A stretch of DNA of 64,000 bases. Source: Neodothiora populina (Eukaryota). The stretch lies in the NCBI RefSeq assembly GCF_041146345.1, contig NW_027191414.1:434001-498000 (forward strand). Reading direction: 5' to 3'. A program made the translations under genes and the position numbers. How positions within the stretch are numbered: position 1 is the stretch's first letter; each line of letters begins with the position of its first letter. The notes beneath the pieces are model-generated. The model was not told the origin of the DNA and searched no databases. It worked only from the letters and a program-made list of their open reading frames with translations. Below, piece after piece: positions 1 through 13,424 of this stretch.

Positions 1-820
1 ATCGATACCCTCTCTATGCCAGAAGACAGTGCTGCACGTGTTTCTCACTAATACCCATCGAATGTACTTGGAGTTTCTCATGATTGAGGAAGGAAATATG
101 GTAGTGATAGCTGTCGTTCCTCTTTTCTTCCTATGTCGCCCCTCACACACACGCGCGCGTAGGCTGTATGGATTATGGTTGTGTGTGTGGGGTATCGCAG
201 TTACCACCCCGAACACCTGCCTCACCCTCACCCATCTACAGTGTTTACTATAACAATCTTCTAGCAGCGCGCAGAGAAGACAATTCTCTCCGAACTGAAG
301 AAGACTTCGAACTCTCTAAGCCTGATTCTCCAACATTTCGGACCTCGGATCCGGACGAGTGGGTTTTGCTTGTTTTTGTCGTTCTCGTCAACCGTTGCGG
401 ATTCGCGAGACATTCTCCGTACTGCCCTTTTTATTTCCTCATGTCGGCAATGCCTCAACCACCTTATCGGATATAAGATTTGGAAAACCATTCGACACGA
501 AGTTCTAGACCATCTGGTTGTTGCGTCATTGGGACTGGCTCGCGACAAGAAAAGAAGCGGGGAAAGAGCGATGTGATGGCTGATGGTGGAAATGGAATCA
601 CAAATCATTGCTTCACGTCGATCCCGTAGGCAAAGTCTGTTTCGTGGGATGCGGATGTTACTGTGTGATTTGGAAGTCGAACCTAAGGATGGATCGGAGG
701 TGTTTATATGTATAGTCTGACTGTGCCCACTCGGGTGCGGGTGCGAGAACTCTTGATTGAACCTTTCTGTTGTGTTGTTTTGTACTGCTTCCCTGAGTCC
801 CTAGCGTATCAACTCCTATA

Positions 821-1634
821 ATGCCGACTACCAAAGAAATTGGTCAAGCCGGTGAGGCTAACAAGAAGATTGGAGGTGAGGATTCCGACCAAGTCATAAC
901 AATTGAGGCAAGATCTTTGGGCTGACAACACGAAAAGGTGTACCTACGCTCCACTACTTCGACTTCCAGTCCCGCGGACGAGGCCAGGTCGTGAGACTCC
1001 TCTGGGAAGATGCAGGCATTGCCTACAAGGACATCCGATACTCCTTTGAAGAATACCCTGACTACAAGAAATCGACCATCTCTCAGCTTAATCCTGCAGC
1101 AACGATCCCTGTCATCGAACTCGACGGTCGCATCTTGACTCAGAGTTATGCTATCCTGAGGCACTTTGCGCGTCAATTGGGCGCGTACGATGGTCAGACC
1201 GAGGAGGAGAAGTATTGGGCTGATGCCATGTGTGACCTTGCCATAGATTGTAAGTAAATTCGACAAGGGCAACAGCACTGGTGGATGATATACTGACGCA
1301 AGGCCAAGGGAGGACATTGTTCATAATTGCTTTCTTTTCTCCAGACAAGGACAAGTTGTACCCCGACCATCAGAAAGGCAATCGAGCGAATTTCTTAAAG
1401 GCGCTGAATCAACATCTCAGCTCACACGAGGCTTCTCAATCAGGACCGTTTGTCATTGGTGGCACTATCACATATGCAGATCTTGTCATCTACCAGATCT
1501 GCCATGATGAACAATTGACTCAGAACGGCCGAGAGGGGCTCAAGGAATATCCCAGGCTGATCAAATTGGTTGATGCTGTAGAGGACAGGCCACACATCAA
1601 AAACTTTTTGAACAGCGACAGATATCTTGGTTAG
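821..1634 (+). CDS. Glutathione S-transferase (sigma-like), 3 exons
   Basis: ATG 821; intron 876-937 gives GGVPTLHYFDFQSRGRGQVVRLLWEDAG; TIPVIELDG..LTQSYAILRHFAR; second intron near 1250-1309; C-domain ITYADLVIY; TAG 1634. Confidence 0.9.
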
Positions 1635-2541
1635 AGACCGGCTCACACACGCAAGATCGTCGCTAGGTAGATGTTCTGGTTTCATGAACAAGATCAAGAG
1701 CACAGATCCGGAGCACAGCGGGGGGAAAGACCGTATAAGATATCCTCGCGTCGATCTTAGTCGGTCAATTGTTTCGGTCCAGCACGGAAGTATTTTTCTT
1801 ATCTCGACGTCAAGGGATACTACGCCTCCAGAGGTGTTCGAGCTGCAGAACTTTGTATTGATTTCATTCCTCTCTATGTAGCAAAGCAAAACTCAACAAA
1901 GTATCAAGTGCTCTCACACAAGGTGCACTAATCGTGGCGAGTATCTTTTAGTATAATGCAATGCGGCTTTCAAAACGACTTTGCGTCTTCATTACCAACC
2001 ATGATCTCTGAAGCGATTTTCTTCCGTTCAGTAGGGCGTCAATCAGGCCTTTGTGGGTCATATTTGATAAGTCATCACGATACTGTGCTGTGTTCTGCTA
2101 TATTTCGACTCCACATTCAATATAGACACTGTACGTTCGTGCCCGAGGCACAACTTTCGATTTTTTGACTGTGTCCTATCATCTCCGGGATTTCCGGAAC
2201 GCAGCAGTTCGTAGAGGATTCCGTATGTCGAGTTGAAGCAGTATCATATATCAAATCATACATTTATGCTGGAGAGCGCCTGGCCTAAAACAGAGATACC
2301 GCGAGCGTGTTGAAGCCGGTAGGAAAAGTAAACTTTACTGCGAGAGCAGATGGTCTGGAACACAGACCACTCATATAGAGTGGTATACGTCATCTTATAG
2401 AGGACAGGAGACACAATCATAAGCAAAGAATAAATTTTCCACTCTGCCATCTCCAATTCCAGTCTCTCAAGCACAGCAGATCAACGAGTTTCGAGGAACA
2501 TATTCAATACTGAGAACCTAACCGCCACGTGAAACACCCCA

Positions 2542-3018
2542 ATGGCCAAAGGAAGCTGTCTGTGCGGCGACTTCGCTTACGAGTATGAGGGAGAACCAGC
2601 CGCAAAGGTAAGCTTTTCTGCTGAGATAACGCGCGAGAGATGCGCCGTACTGATAAAGCATTCCCCCTGCCAGGCCGCATGCCATTGCAAGCCATGCCAG
2701 AAGACGAGTGGAACCACGAACTCGTTCAATCTGATGGTGCCGGAGGACAAGTTTTACAAGAAGTCCGGCAAAGTGAAGCAATTCACCAGGAAGGGCGTGA
2801 GTGGCAACGACGTCACATACAACATGTGTGACAACTGCGGTACTCTCGTCTTCGCCGAGGCAGGAGCTATACCGGGTATCAAGATTGTGAAGCTGGGCAC
2901 TCTTGACGATGCAGATGTGTTGAACGGTATTGGCCACGCAAATCTCGAAATCTTCACCAAGGACCGACTTTCTTGGCTGCAGCCGATTCCAGGGGCTGAG
3001 CAAAAGGAAATGTCATAA
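2542..3018 (+). CDS. GFA / Mss4-like (CENP-V) zinc-binding protein
   Basis: GSCLCG, CHCKPCQK and CDNCGT cysteine motifs; 66-nt intron 2608-2673. Confidence 0.9.
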   Translation: MAKGSCLCGDFAYEYEGEPAAKVSFSAEITRERCAVLIKHSPCQAACHCKPCQKTSGTTNSFNLMVPEDKFYKKSGKVKQFTRKGVSGNDVTYNMCDNCGTLVFAEAGAIPGIKIVKLGTLDDADVLNGIGHANLEIFTKDRLSWLQPIPGAEQKEMS

Positions 3019-4675
3019 TCGCTTAAGCGCATAGTCGTATAGGGTTGCCGTCTCGGGGAGGGTGCGATATCTGTCTGTGCTATGGACTAGCAGGTTCGAA
3101 AGTCAATCGTCTGTGCCACTGCACACGCAGAAGCTCGGACCTCAACACTACATCTATCACCAAAATAACCCGTCAGAGATATAAGTAAAGTGCCCTGATT
3201 TACTGTGCTTTACTGTATCCTCAAGCAGTTCTATAATGTACGAAAGTCGCAACGGTAATGTGGTGTAGGTTCGCCTCCCGAAACATATCAATCGAACCAG
3301 TAAAGTCCCTCAATGTTTGACCAGTCCCACCCTGCTGAAACATTCGCATCCGCAGAGTGAGCTCGATGATAGGCATACTCCATACGAGGAGTGGATTGTA
3401 GAGCGCCCACATGCTTGCTCAAAACTGGCAAGAAGTCTCCCGTCCGACGTACGCATTGCTCAGTCGCTACGATTGGAAACTTTTTGGACAGGAACCACAT
3501 GATGCCTGCAGCGTGCACGTGTACAGGGCGCTGCGCAAGCTCGAAGTTAAGATACCCGTATGGGAAGCTCTAAGAGCCGGATGGTCGAAGATGATTTGGA
3601 AAGTTTCAAACGGTCCGTTGGAACGGGCGAGCTTATTCTCTATCTTCGGAAATACGGGAGGCAACATCTGCTTTGTGAGTTGAAGTGACTCGATTGTCAA
3701 TGGCAACAGCAACTACGAAATCTGTCGGATGTATTCGCGAGATATCTTTGTTTCTCTCATATAGTCGTCTACGGTGCTGATCTAGGTCATAGGACTCACG
3801 GGTTGGGGTAGAGTATGCCACATATCACCACATATCACCTAAGGTAGGCTTTGGAAGTGGTTTCCGATGCCTCCGCACTCAGCAGCAGCGTTGAGGACGG
3901 GCCACTTGGCGGCTAAAATTCCAAGCTGATGTCGCAAGCCGGTTTGCAACGTTGGTCCCGCGCGGCGCAAAGTGGCCAGACGCGGTTCGAGGAGGCTTTA
4001 ACTCATTTACTGTACAGTAAGGGATATTTTGGTTGTTTTTAAACTGCTATACTGAAAGAACTGCAGAGCCATTGCACCGCAGTGTTGGATGCAACAGCAG
4101 GGCTATTCGGCAATCGAGATGATATCAGCAGCCGGCAACATTGAGTTGAGACTGCAGGTTATACCCGTAGATTATCATGCACAATAATCCGGTAATGCAC
4201 GTCGGTTGAGGGCTGCTGAAATGGATCGAGCCAGAGTGCGGCGTCTGCGCCAGCTGAACAAGTTTTAGCCGTCGATCTGGAGCGTTCAGAGAAGAATAGG
4301 GTACAGAAGGCCCTTCGATGGATGTCCTTAGTGCCAATCGATCTGCACTACTTCTGACGTCTGCGCAACTCTGTTCGAGGGCCTCAAGTGTTTCAACTCC
4401 CCTTATCTGGTTGTTCGTCGCTACTCGACCACATCTTTTCTGGGGTGACCATCCTCCTCGCTTGCCCAAGAGTCGCTTGTACACTTTTGCCCACACGTGC
4501 TACTCTTGCGGACATCCTTGCCTAGCTACTTCACCTATTGGATCAACAATCGGGCTGTGCCATCCTACTTGGGGCTATCATCTGCACAGTAATACACTAA
4601 ATTTCAGCAACCGTATTGACGGATCAATCCTTCGACTTGGTTGTGGACCCTCGGCAAACAAGGCACTCTAGCGAC

Positions 4676-5628
4676 ATGCCACCATCAACATCGTCAGTGA
4701 TGCATATTAACACCGAGGACCTCTCTCGAGATGTGTCACCCATGGCTTCTCCCACCTTGTCGATAGCGCACAGTCGGCACAGCGCTGTGTCCTCTGTGGA
4801 CGAGTCGCTCGATGCCTCACCAGTCTTTTCGACCTCTGGCCACCATCCCGACACAGTGAACACAGCATACTCAGACACTGCTACCGAACCATCTCTCCAA
4901 CACTCTTGCAATTACGATGCAGACGACTGGTTTGGCAAGTTTCGTGATGATGTTGACGTCTCTGACGATTGCCCTGATCGCGGCACGTTGGCAGCAGCAG
5001 GAGAGGTGATGCTCTACGATGCGTACGGGAATATGCGACCGTTCAGTACTTTCTTTACTGGACTAGATGCAATCGGCGACCGTCAGCTCATCATTTTCAT
5101 CCGCCATTTCTACTGCGGTGTAAGTTTCGGGAGATGTGATGCAGGATGAACTCTAATTGCTAATGCATTTGACATCAGGCTTGTCAAGCATATCTCCAGA
5201 AGATTGTAGAAGGCATTTCTATGCAAGCCTACTACACTATGCCCATTCCAACCTCTTTCGTGGTCGTTGGCTGCGGTAGTCCAGAGTTGATCCCACATTT
5301 CAAGTCTCAGACGAATTGTCCCTTCCCCATCTTCGCCGAACCTACGCGAAAAATCTATAGGGTATTGGGCATGTCCATGAGTGTCAACATCGGCATGAGA
5401 CGACCCGGATACATGAAGGGAATCAACGAGGGCGCCTGGGTCTTCGGACAGCTTCGCCAGATGGGACAAACCAAGGGTGCGAAAAAGTTTCGAGGAGGCA
5501 ACTGGCTTCAGATCGGTGGTGAATTTCTCTTTCAGGATGGTCAAGTCGTGTGGTGTCACAGGATGAGGAACTACCGCGACCACACCGAGGTTGCCCGGCT
5601 GAAACGAATACTCGAGATCGACGACTGA
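4676..5628 (+). CDS. AhpC/TSA-2 peroxiredoxin-like (AAED1/PRXL2C-type) protein
   Basis: FIRHFYCG|ACQAY (CxxC split by an intron near 5119-5179), VVVGCG, QIGGEFLF, WCHRMRNYRDHTEV; Ser-rich N-terminal extension. Confidence 0.85.
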
Positions 5629-6492
5629 GTTCTCCCGGCGTGATGGGAGTTTCAGAGATTTCTCGCCGCATGCTACTATGGACTTGCTGCTTCACTTCAC
5701 TTTGCTTCGGCACCACAACGATAATTCCATGCCCTGGAGCATGGCGCCATTTGCGCATCTTTATGCTGGACATTCTTTTTGAGTGGGAAGAGCTAGACGC
5801 GCAATGTATGTTTGAAACAGTCGGACTTGTGTGTATGACTCAGCCTCATCGGCCGGATCCCTCCTCTCACCGAGAACACTATTCTGCTCCGCCAGTTCCC
5901 ACAGTCTTCGGGGTCGACTCGACATACCTCATGACTGGTCACACCGACTTGGAAGACAGCACCAAGTGCACCAGTCCCCAGTATACACTAAGCGCCGCTC
6001 ATCCAGGAGCAGAATCTCAAGGGATCTACAAGGCTCAAGTGTTGACGCCTTGAGATGTGCCATTTCATACTCTTCACCATTTTCTTTTGCCCTGGTTGTT
6101 GCTCGGTTGTGCCTTCTTGCATCGACCGCAGCTCTTCGGGAAGCAGATAACCGATTTTTCTGATTCTTACACTGGAAACGATCATGTCGCTTTTTTCTTT
6201 TCTTCTTCTTCTCTTCCTTCTTATGGACTCCTTGGTTCTGTATATAGACTACATTGACACCAAATTTAACGACTTCAAGACTAGAAAAGGCTGTGCTGTA
6301 AAAGCTGATGGAGGTTCTCGTTTCTTTTTCTCTCTCCGAAAGTCGTATGCTGTTGGCTTTGTCTCCTCGCGAGTATAAGTTGGAAGGAACAAAAGAATCA
6401 GGGGTATCATTGGTTCTTGTCATCGCTGTGGATGAAAGTTTCTAGAGAAAGAAGAAGAAATAGGGGGAAAGAGAAAAGCAAAAAGAAGAATG

Positions 6493-7710
6493 TCAACACT
6501 GGAAGGCGACGCCCTTCTTCCTGACCATATTCTTGCCTCCGCCCGCGAAGCCCGTCCCCTCGGTGGATATCTCAACCGTGCCAGGCTTGATCTTTTCCTT
6601 TTCTTTCTTCTGTTCCGACCCTCCCTCCTCCTTTTTGTCTTTTTTGGATCTGATCGTCACGTCAGCCTGGCAGACATAGCACCTCACGACGCCGACTTCC
6701 TGCGTCTCGTCGTGGGCGTCTGGCTCGCTGGGTTTCATGAATTTGGCAGCGCAGGGCTTGCAGACGACGTGGCCGCAGGGTTTGGCCAGGACGGCTTTTG
6801 TGGCGTTTGAGAGGGTCTTTTCGCAGGCGGGACAGCTGCCGCTGCTGCTGTTCTTGTCGTTGTTGTCTTCGGTGGATTTGTCTTTGTGGAAATGCACCGT
6901 GACCAGAGTCTTGAGGCCGAACTCGTGCGACGAGTCGGAGTCGCTGGCTGGACAGACGGGGCGGAGTTTGGTGGGTTTGATGTCGCGATCTTTGGTGAAG
7001 GGTGTGGCCGAGGGGATCCAGAATGACGGGACGGCGGTGTTCGCTCTGGCTTCTGCTTTCAGATCCACGGGCTGTTGGTCCCTGGCTTTGGCTTTTTTCT
7101 GTTCGTCCTTGCCGAGGCGCAGTAATTCGTCCTCGTCGATTTCATGTTTGCGCTTTGTGCCTCGTGTGGATTCTTCGACCAGGACTTTGCCGTCTTGTCG
7201 CCCGATGATCTTGCTTCGAGAGTCCGAGACTGCGCTGTCGGCGAATTTCCGCTCGAGTCCCATCTGCACGGCTTCAAAGTCCGCCACGGCTTGCACGTCT
7301 CGCTCGGCTTTGGCCAGTTCATCCTCGAGGGCATTCTCTTGTTTTCGTCGGACGGCGTCGCGCTCGGCGCGCTTGATTTCGTTCTTCTGGGCGACGAGGT
7401 TGTTCAGGGCGCATTCGCGGCAGAAGAGGTGGCAGGCGGTCTTGCTCGTGCTGCAGGCTACTGGATCGCGGCTGGGCAGTAGGCAGAGGTTGCACGATCC
7501 GAAGGGCAGGAAGGAGTCGCGCGTCAGTCGGGTCGATCTGCTGCCCCATGTGGATTTGAGTTCTTCTCGCTCGTGAGAGGTGAAGAAGGCCAGCGAGGTG
7601 TTGCGCTTGCCTGATGGGTGGGTATCAGTACATGAATCACAAGGAGCCCATGTGATGGAGGGATAGAGCATTTGTGTGGAGGGAAGAGGGAGATACTCAC
7701 TGTGCGACAT
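6493..7710 (-). CDS. NOSIP: NOSIP-like RING/U-box spliceosome-associated protein
   Basis: [14 protein letters not shown] start with intron ~7611-7700; [46 protein letters not shown]-terminal EGTGFAGGG. Confidence 0.9.
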   Translation of the reverse strand: MSHSEYLPLPSTQMLYPSITWAPCDSCTDTHPSGKRNTSLAFFTSHEREELKSTWGSRSTRLTRDSFLPFGSCNLCLLPSRDPVACSTSKTACHLFCRECALNNLVAQKNEIKRAERDAVRRKQENALEDELAKAERDVQAVADFEAVQMGLERKFADSAVSDSRSKIIGRQDGKVLVEESTRGTKRKHEIDEDELLRLGKDEQKKAKARDQQPVDLKAEARANTAVPSFWIPSATPFTKDRDIKPTKLRPVCPASDSDSSHEFGLKTLVTVHFHKDKSTEDNNDKNSSSGSCPACEKTLSNATKAVLAKPCGHVVCKPCAAKFMKPSEPDAHDETQEVGVVRCYVCQADVTIRSKKDKKEEGGSEQKKEKEKIKPGTVEISTEGTGFAGGGKNMVRKKGVAFQC

Positions 7711-8173
7711 TCTGGCACCTCGAATGATATACTAAAGACCAATTACTTTACAACAATGATGTTCATGGAATGGTGACAGATGGAGATGATACAGAGGAAG
7801 GTACATGGATGCCAAGCATTTGCACAAATAAGTTAGGCAGGTATGAATGGAACTAAGGATGACATGCGGCGACGTCATGCTCTGATTCGCTGGGAAATCG
7901 GGAATCGCCAATCGTGAGTCGTGAATCGTGAATCGTGAATGGTCAAAGTCGAGAATATTTGGCCTCTTTGCCTCGCCTTATTCCTTCCTTTTTTCATATT
8001 CTCGCTCTTCTCTGTGTGAAGCACCGTATGCGCTCTTGATTCATCTGCCTTCACACTCCAATCTGCGGCTTCCTATCACTGTTTAGTCACTGGCTTCGGA
8101 TCCGGAAAACATTACATGTATACGACCTTGACCCTCCGGCTGCGATAGCATGAGCGAAAAAAACAAGACCACC

Positions 8174-9448
8174 ATGGCATCGTCGCTGCTCCCTCTCCCT
8201 GATCGACCGTCTCTTGGCTTCAGGATCGCATCGACCTTCCAGATGGGCTGGGTGGGCACGGCGTGTCGCTCTTTTCTCCTGGCATTCAACAGACTCGAGG
8301 TCAATGGATGGGACGGCTTCAAGAAGTTGCTGGATGAGAGGGAGGATGTCGCCGCCAGACAGAGAGGCTTGATTACTGTTTCTAACCACACGAGCGTGTA
8401 CGTACGTATACAATTACCTTGTTCTTGTCCTGTCACAAGTGGGAATGCTTTGCGCCGAGGAGAAACCTGTACTGAGTGATTGCATAGCCTTGATGATCCT
8501 GCGTTATGGGGCGCATTGCCTTATTCTTACCACTGGAACCCGGACAGTCTGCGCTGGAGTCTCGCAAGTCACGATCTGGCCTTTCAAAGCAGGTACGGAT
8601 TTATTGCGACCCGGAAACGCAATTTTTGATCTGACAGAGTTGGCAGGTTCACGTCTTTCTTCTTCACCATAGGGAACACACTCCCTTGCCATCGCGCAGC
8701 CCACTCGCCCTATGGCGGCCTCTTCCAGCCCACCATGACCCAAGCCATCCGCCTTCTATCCAACGGTCCCTTCGCCGCACCGCCTGTCGTCCCTAGCGAG
8801 ACCTCCCTGACCCGCGCCGATATCCCCGATCCTTTCTCGGATTCGCAGTTGACCTACAGCACCAACGGACAGGACAGCTTCCCTGCGCCATCAGCATATG
8901 CGAACCGTCGCTTCGCCTGGGTACATATCTTCCCGGAAGGCAAGGTTCATCAAAAGACAGACAAGACCATGCGCTACTTCAAGTGGGGTGTCTCGCGCTT
9001 GATCCTCGAAGCCGACACGGTCCCAGACTTGGTCCCCATCTGGATCGAGGGATTCGACTCGGTCATGCATGAGAGCAGGACATTCCCCAGGTTCATACCG
9101 CGGGGCAACAATGATGTCAGCGTGACATTTGGAGAAAAAGTGGACATGGAGGCCAGGTTCGGCGATCTAAGAAGCAAGTGGCAACAACTAAAAGCGAAGG
9201 TTCCGGCCAAAGCAGGACAACCAGACGAACTGGGCGTCATCAGGGATATCGACCTCATGACCGGACACGAGGCGGTCGAGTTGCGGAAAGAGTGCACGAT
9301 GAGGGTCAGAGAAGAAGTTCTAAAAGTGCGGAGAGGGAGAGGGCTGCCCGACGAAGACCCCAAGTGCGGCCTCGTCGAGACGTGGAGAGAGGAGGCAGGC
9401 GCACAACAGGGCCTGATGGGAGACGGGAGCTATGTCAAGGACATGTGA
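8174..9448 (+). CDS. TAZ1: Tafazzin (cardiolipin transacylase)
   Basis: RGLITVSNHTS|LDDPALWG, RWSLASHD, WVHIFPEGKVHQ, YFKWGVSRLILE; 2 introns; alternative start at 8150. Confidence 0.92.
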
Positions 9449-10459
9449 CGAGAAATGTTGGTGTAGAACGCGCTTTTGCTTACCGCCGAAGCATGTGGGA
9501 ACCTTGTACTACTATTACTACTCTTGTCGAGCCGTGCGGGCGAGAGCAACGAAAGAGACAAAGCACGTGTGTGAATAGCAAAAAGATAGAAATGACAAGA
9601 AAATGATTGATATACACGTCTAACCATCATCATCCAAGTATCTGCCAGGCAAGGTAAAGAAGTCGACAGTCACTGGGATATGACCGTTGGCTACGGGTCA
9701 GGGTTGAGTTTGATTTGTCCCGCACTTCGCAAAACGATCTGCCTTGAGCGCGTTGCGCTAGCGCAATGACGGAGGCCTAGCGCGTTCGAGGGCGTGCGCA
9801 TTCTTATAGAGGACCTGGGACCGACTCTCCGCGCCCGTCCATTTTCTTTCCCTAGCTGTGTATATCTGATCCTTACCGCGGAATCACCAGCACATTTCTT
9901 CTGATTTCTACCTGACCCTCGGGAGGAGGCGACGAACGATTGAGCTAAAAGCAAACGAACCAATTCACTTGTCGTTGAATCTGCAGCGGGAATCCACAAG
10001 TACAAGGATTGACAGAACAAGTACCATCTGGACTGACAAGCACACGGGCTTCCGTCATAGCGCCGTGGTCTGCATCTGCACTTGCACTTTTTATTTTTCA
10101 TTACATTATACACAATCCCCGTCCCTGTCATATCGATAAGGGAAGTGATACAGACTTTCTTTCTATATGTGTGAGAAGAAAACCAATAAACCCTTATCGG
10201 CTGTGCAATCCAAAACGAAACAAGGGAGCAGGGTCGAAGAGAGAGAAAAACGAAGATTTGCACAAGCAGCACAGCACTCTTGCACATATATAATCTAGTG
10301 CACCCCGCAGCTGCATTGCACATTGCACGAACCTCGACGCCTTTTTCTTCCTGACCGTGTGGACCGCCTTTTGGACCTTGTGGACAACCAATCGGAAGCC
10401 TTCCCCCAATAGATTGTTCTATCCAAAAGAAAAAGTGAATCCACACTAAAAGGAAGCAC

Positions 10460-10972
10460 ATGGACAATTACGCTCCGCGCTCTCCAGACCTGTCTGGCTA
10501 TAAACCACGGAGCCCCGATCTGACCTCTTATACACCACTCTCGCCGGCTTCTGGTCAAGGTCAAGTTCAAGGTCAAGCTCAAGCTCATGCGGGAAGTGTA
10601 GCCGAAGATTTGAGTCTCGATCACAACTCGCACAACCACAACATTGATAGCTCAAGCAACACCACTGCTGCTGCCGGTGCTCCTTCCTCTTCTTACGCCC
10701 CACAGTCGCCCGATTTGTCTGGATTGCAGGCATATCAACCCAATCATCTGAATCATCATCACTTCGCCCACAACACGTCTCAACCCCTGCAGTCGCCATC
10801 CCAGTGGAACGATCACGTCACGTCTTCTTCTACTGCTGGTGCTGCACCACAAATATCACAGTTGATGGAACCACAATCCTACCCGCACCCTGTCTTTAGT
10901 CCTTCTCAGGCACAACAGCAGCTTCCACCACCACCACCACCACCACCACCACCACCACAACAACAACACCTC

Positions 10973-11049
<77 letters not shown>

Positions 11050-11883
11050 CTACCAAGATCCGTATTCCTACCCCACTGCTCCGCAAGGGCAACAGCAATC
11101 ATACCCGCTTCACACTCCGGCCTACGGCTCTTTCTCCGATTCACATGCTCAGATGCCCCCGCAGACGCGTTCAAGCAACCGTGCCCAGCCTCGCTCATAC
11201 GCCGAACCCAATGACCCTCACGAATTCGACGCCTACCAGACCTATCCGTCAGTATTCGTAAAGGAAGAACAGCACTATCTGGAGTCACTTCCTCCCCAGG
11301 ACTTTGCTACCGCTCCTGCACCCACCCCTGCGCGTAGAGGCCGGAAACCAAAGCCGGAGAGCCAGGGGAACGGAGGTCGATTTGGCGCCATGGACGTCCA
11401 TCCCGTCGTCAAGAAGATGGACACTGGTGGTGTCGAGGTCAAGACCAAGTTTCCCACGGCCAGGATCAAGCGCATCATGCAGGCCGACGAGGACGTCGGC
11501 AAGGTAGCCCAGGTCACCCCCGTCGTCGTTGGTATGTATTTGGCTCTTTCACACATTGCAATACCATCATAACTAAGTCTTCTACAGCCAAAGCACTTGA
11601 GCTCTTCATGATCCGCCTCATCACATCTTCCGCCAACGCCGCAAAAGCTCGGGGCAGCAAGAAAGTCATGTCTCAGCACATGAAAATCGCAGTCATGCAG
11701 GACGACCAATTCGACAATTTACGAGAGATCATGACCAAGATCCCTGACGCGCCGACAAAGTCCTCCGCTGCCGCTGCAGCCAACGGCGACGACGATGACG
11801 ATGACGCCGGCGCCATCAAAGCCGAGGGCAAAGGAAAGGGTAAGGGAAGAGGCAAGAAGAGACGGGACAGCGACGACTATTGA
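10460..11883 (+). CDS. BUR6: NC2-alpha (Bur6/DRAP1) histone-fold repressor with long low-complexity N-terminus
   Basis: [38 protein letters not shown]; intron ~11532-11588. Confidence 0.9.
10925..11047 (+). repeat. (CCA)11 plus pure (CAG)24 coding microsatellites (polyP/polyQ)
   Basis: CCA run 10925-10957 and CAG run 10976-11047 read directly. Confidence 0.97.
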
Positions 11884-13424
11884 TGGAACAATGAGTCTGA
11901 GAAGATTTGCTTGTCTCCATCGCCTGATACCCATTCGCCTTGCTGTCAACTTTTGCACATGTCGCACGGCGTCGTCATTGCGAAAAATACCAGATGTGCT
12001 GCAAGCTTATGACTTGTGCAAGATACTGCGGTCCTGCTCGTCTGACATGCGCGCTATTATCATCTATGTGTCATTTCCGTTGCCGACCTGGCGGCGCACA
12101 CCTATCATCCTAGCTCTGGAGGAACAGAGTAGAGGGGCTAGTCCGGCCATAAGAAGACCTCCAGGCACGGCACATAGCGGCTGTCCCACCTTTCACGCGC
12201 CGAGATCGAAACAGAAATGGCTGCTCGTCATATATCACCAACGCCGTGGATCCTCTCGAGAAGGAAGAAAACATGGTGAACGCGACGAGCACAAAGAGAT
12301 ATCCACAGTTAGCGCGCCGGAGGGACCTACTTGGCATAAGATTCATCATCTGCCCCATCACGGGCGACCGGATCAAAAGGTGACCCCTCCAAACCAGGTC
12401 ATACACAGAACACAGATCAAGCGCAGAGCTCGCCGTATCGCTCTTCAGCAATTCTCCAACCACCATGCCTTGTGCGCATGAGAACAGAAGAATAAAGGAC
12501 GCCAAAGGCATGAAAAAGAAGAGACGATTGGCAGATACAGTACTAGCTAGCCACAGTATATACGGGACACTGTCCATGTAGTGGTGGCCCATTAAATCAC
12601 GAATCAATCCACTTCCTTCATCAGTCAATTCCCCTTCTTGTCGTGATGCTTACTATTCCTTCTACTCTTGTATATTCAGCAGCAGACCTCGGCTATGGAT
12701 GGCTGAGCATAAGAATGAAAGCAATAGATACACAGTACCGCGATGAACCCAAGATGATTGTAGGTGTCACGCGTTCGTTTGCACGACATACATGGACGAA
12801 TGGAAAACCGCATGGCTTATCTCCGTGTTGTTCCACTCTTGTTCTCTTCGTCCTTTTTCTTTTCACCTTTTCCCCTCGTCGTCCTTGCGACTGCCTCGCC
12901 GACTCGTCCTTTCTGACTGTACTGCTCCTCCCCCCTCCCGCTCTGCCTTCCTACTGTGTCTTCATACCGCATGCAAGTCCTGCTGCTCATAGATCTCGTA
13001 GATAGACAGTGACTCTTCAGCATTTCCATTTTAATTTCAGTAGGGTAATGTCCTCGCTCATCCTCAGCTAACAAAATCATTCGTGATACGTGTGTACTAT
13101 ACAGTCATTTGCCTTTTCGTGTCTAATCACAACTTTCGTCTCTTCGGAACCCCGTCTGTTCTTATTTCTATTTCAACTCCTTGCTCCTCTCGTTCTATCC
13201 CTCTTGTAGTACAATCCTTTGGCACCGTTGGAAATCAACCCACTGTCTTCATCTCTGTCTCTGAATTGAGAATGTAGTCCCGAGTGCAAGACCCAGCTGC
13301 CCCACCTGACACTTCTCATGGCTGCGCCGAAAGTGGTGGTAGCGAGAAGAGGTCTTACCAGCGTCGAAGTAGAGACACCAGGTCGTACGCTGTCGTTTTG
13401 ATACTGGTCAAAAAGTTCGCCGTT

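Noticed and set aside
1..81. Possible first exon of a minus-strand gene (MRNSKYIRWVL)
   Set aside because: Too short and truncated by the window edge to support a call
7908..7940. (AATCGTG)n heptamer run in the NOSIP/TAZ1 divergent promoter
   Set aside because: Only about 4 imperfect units; no factor or function assignable
11985..12040. Minus-strand CCGCAGTAT...TGCAGCACATCT resembling the snR30 3' end
   Set aside because: Essential m1 (ATATTCCTA) and m2 (AAACCAT) motifs are absent
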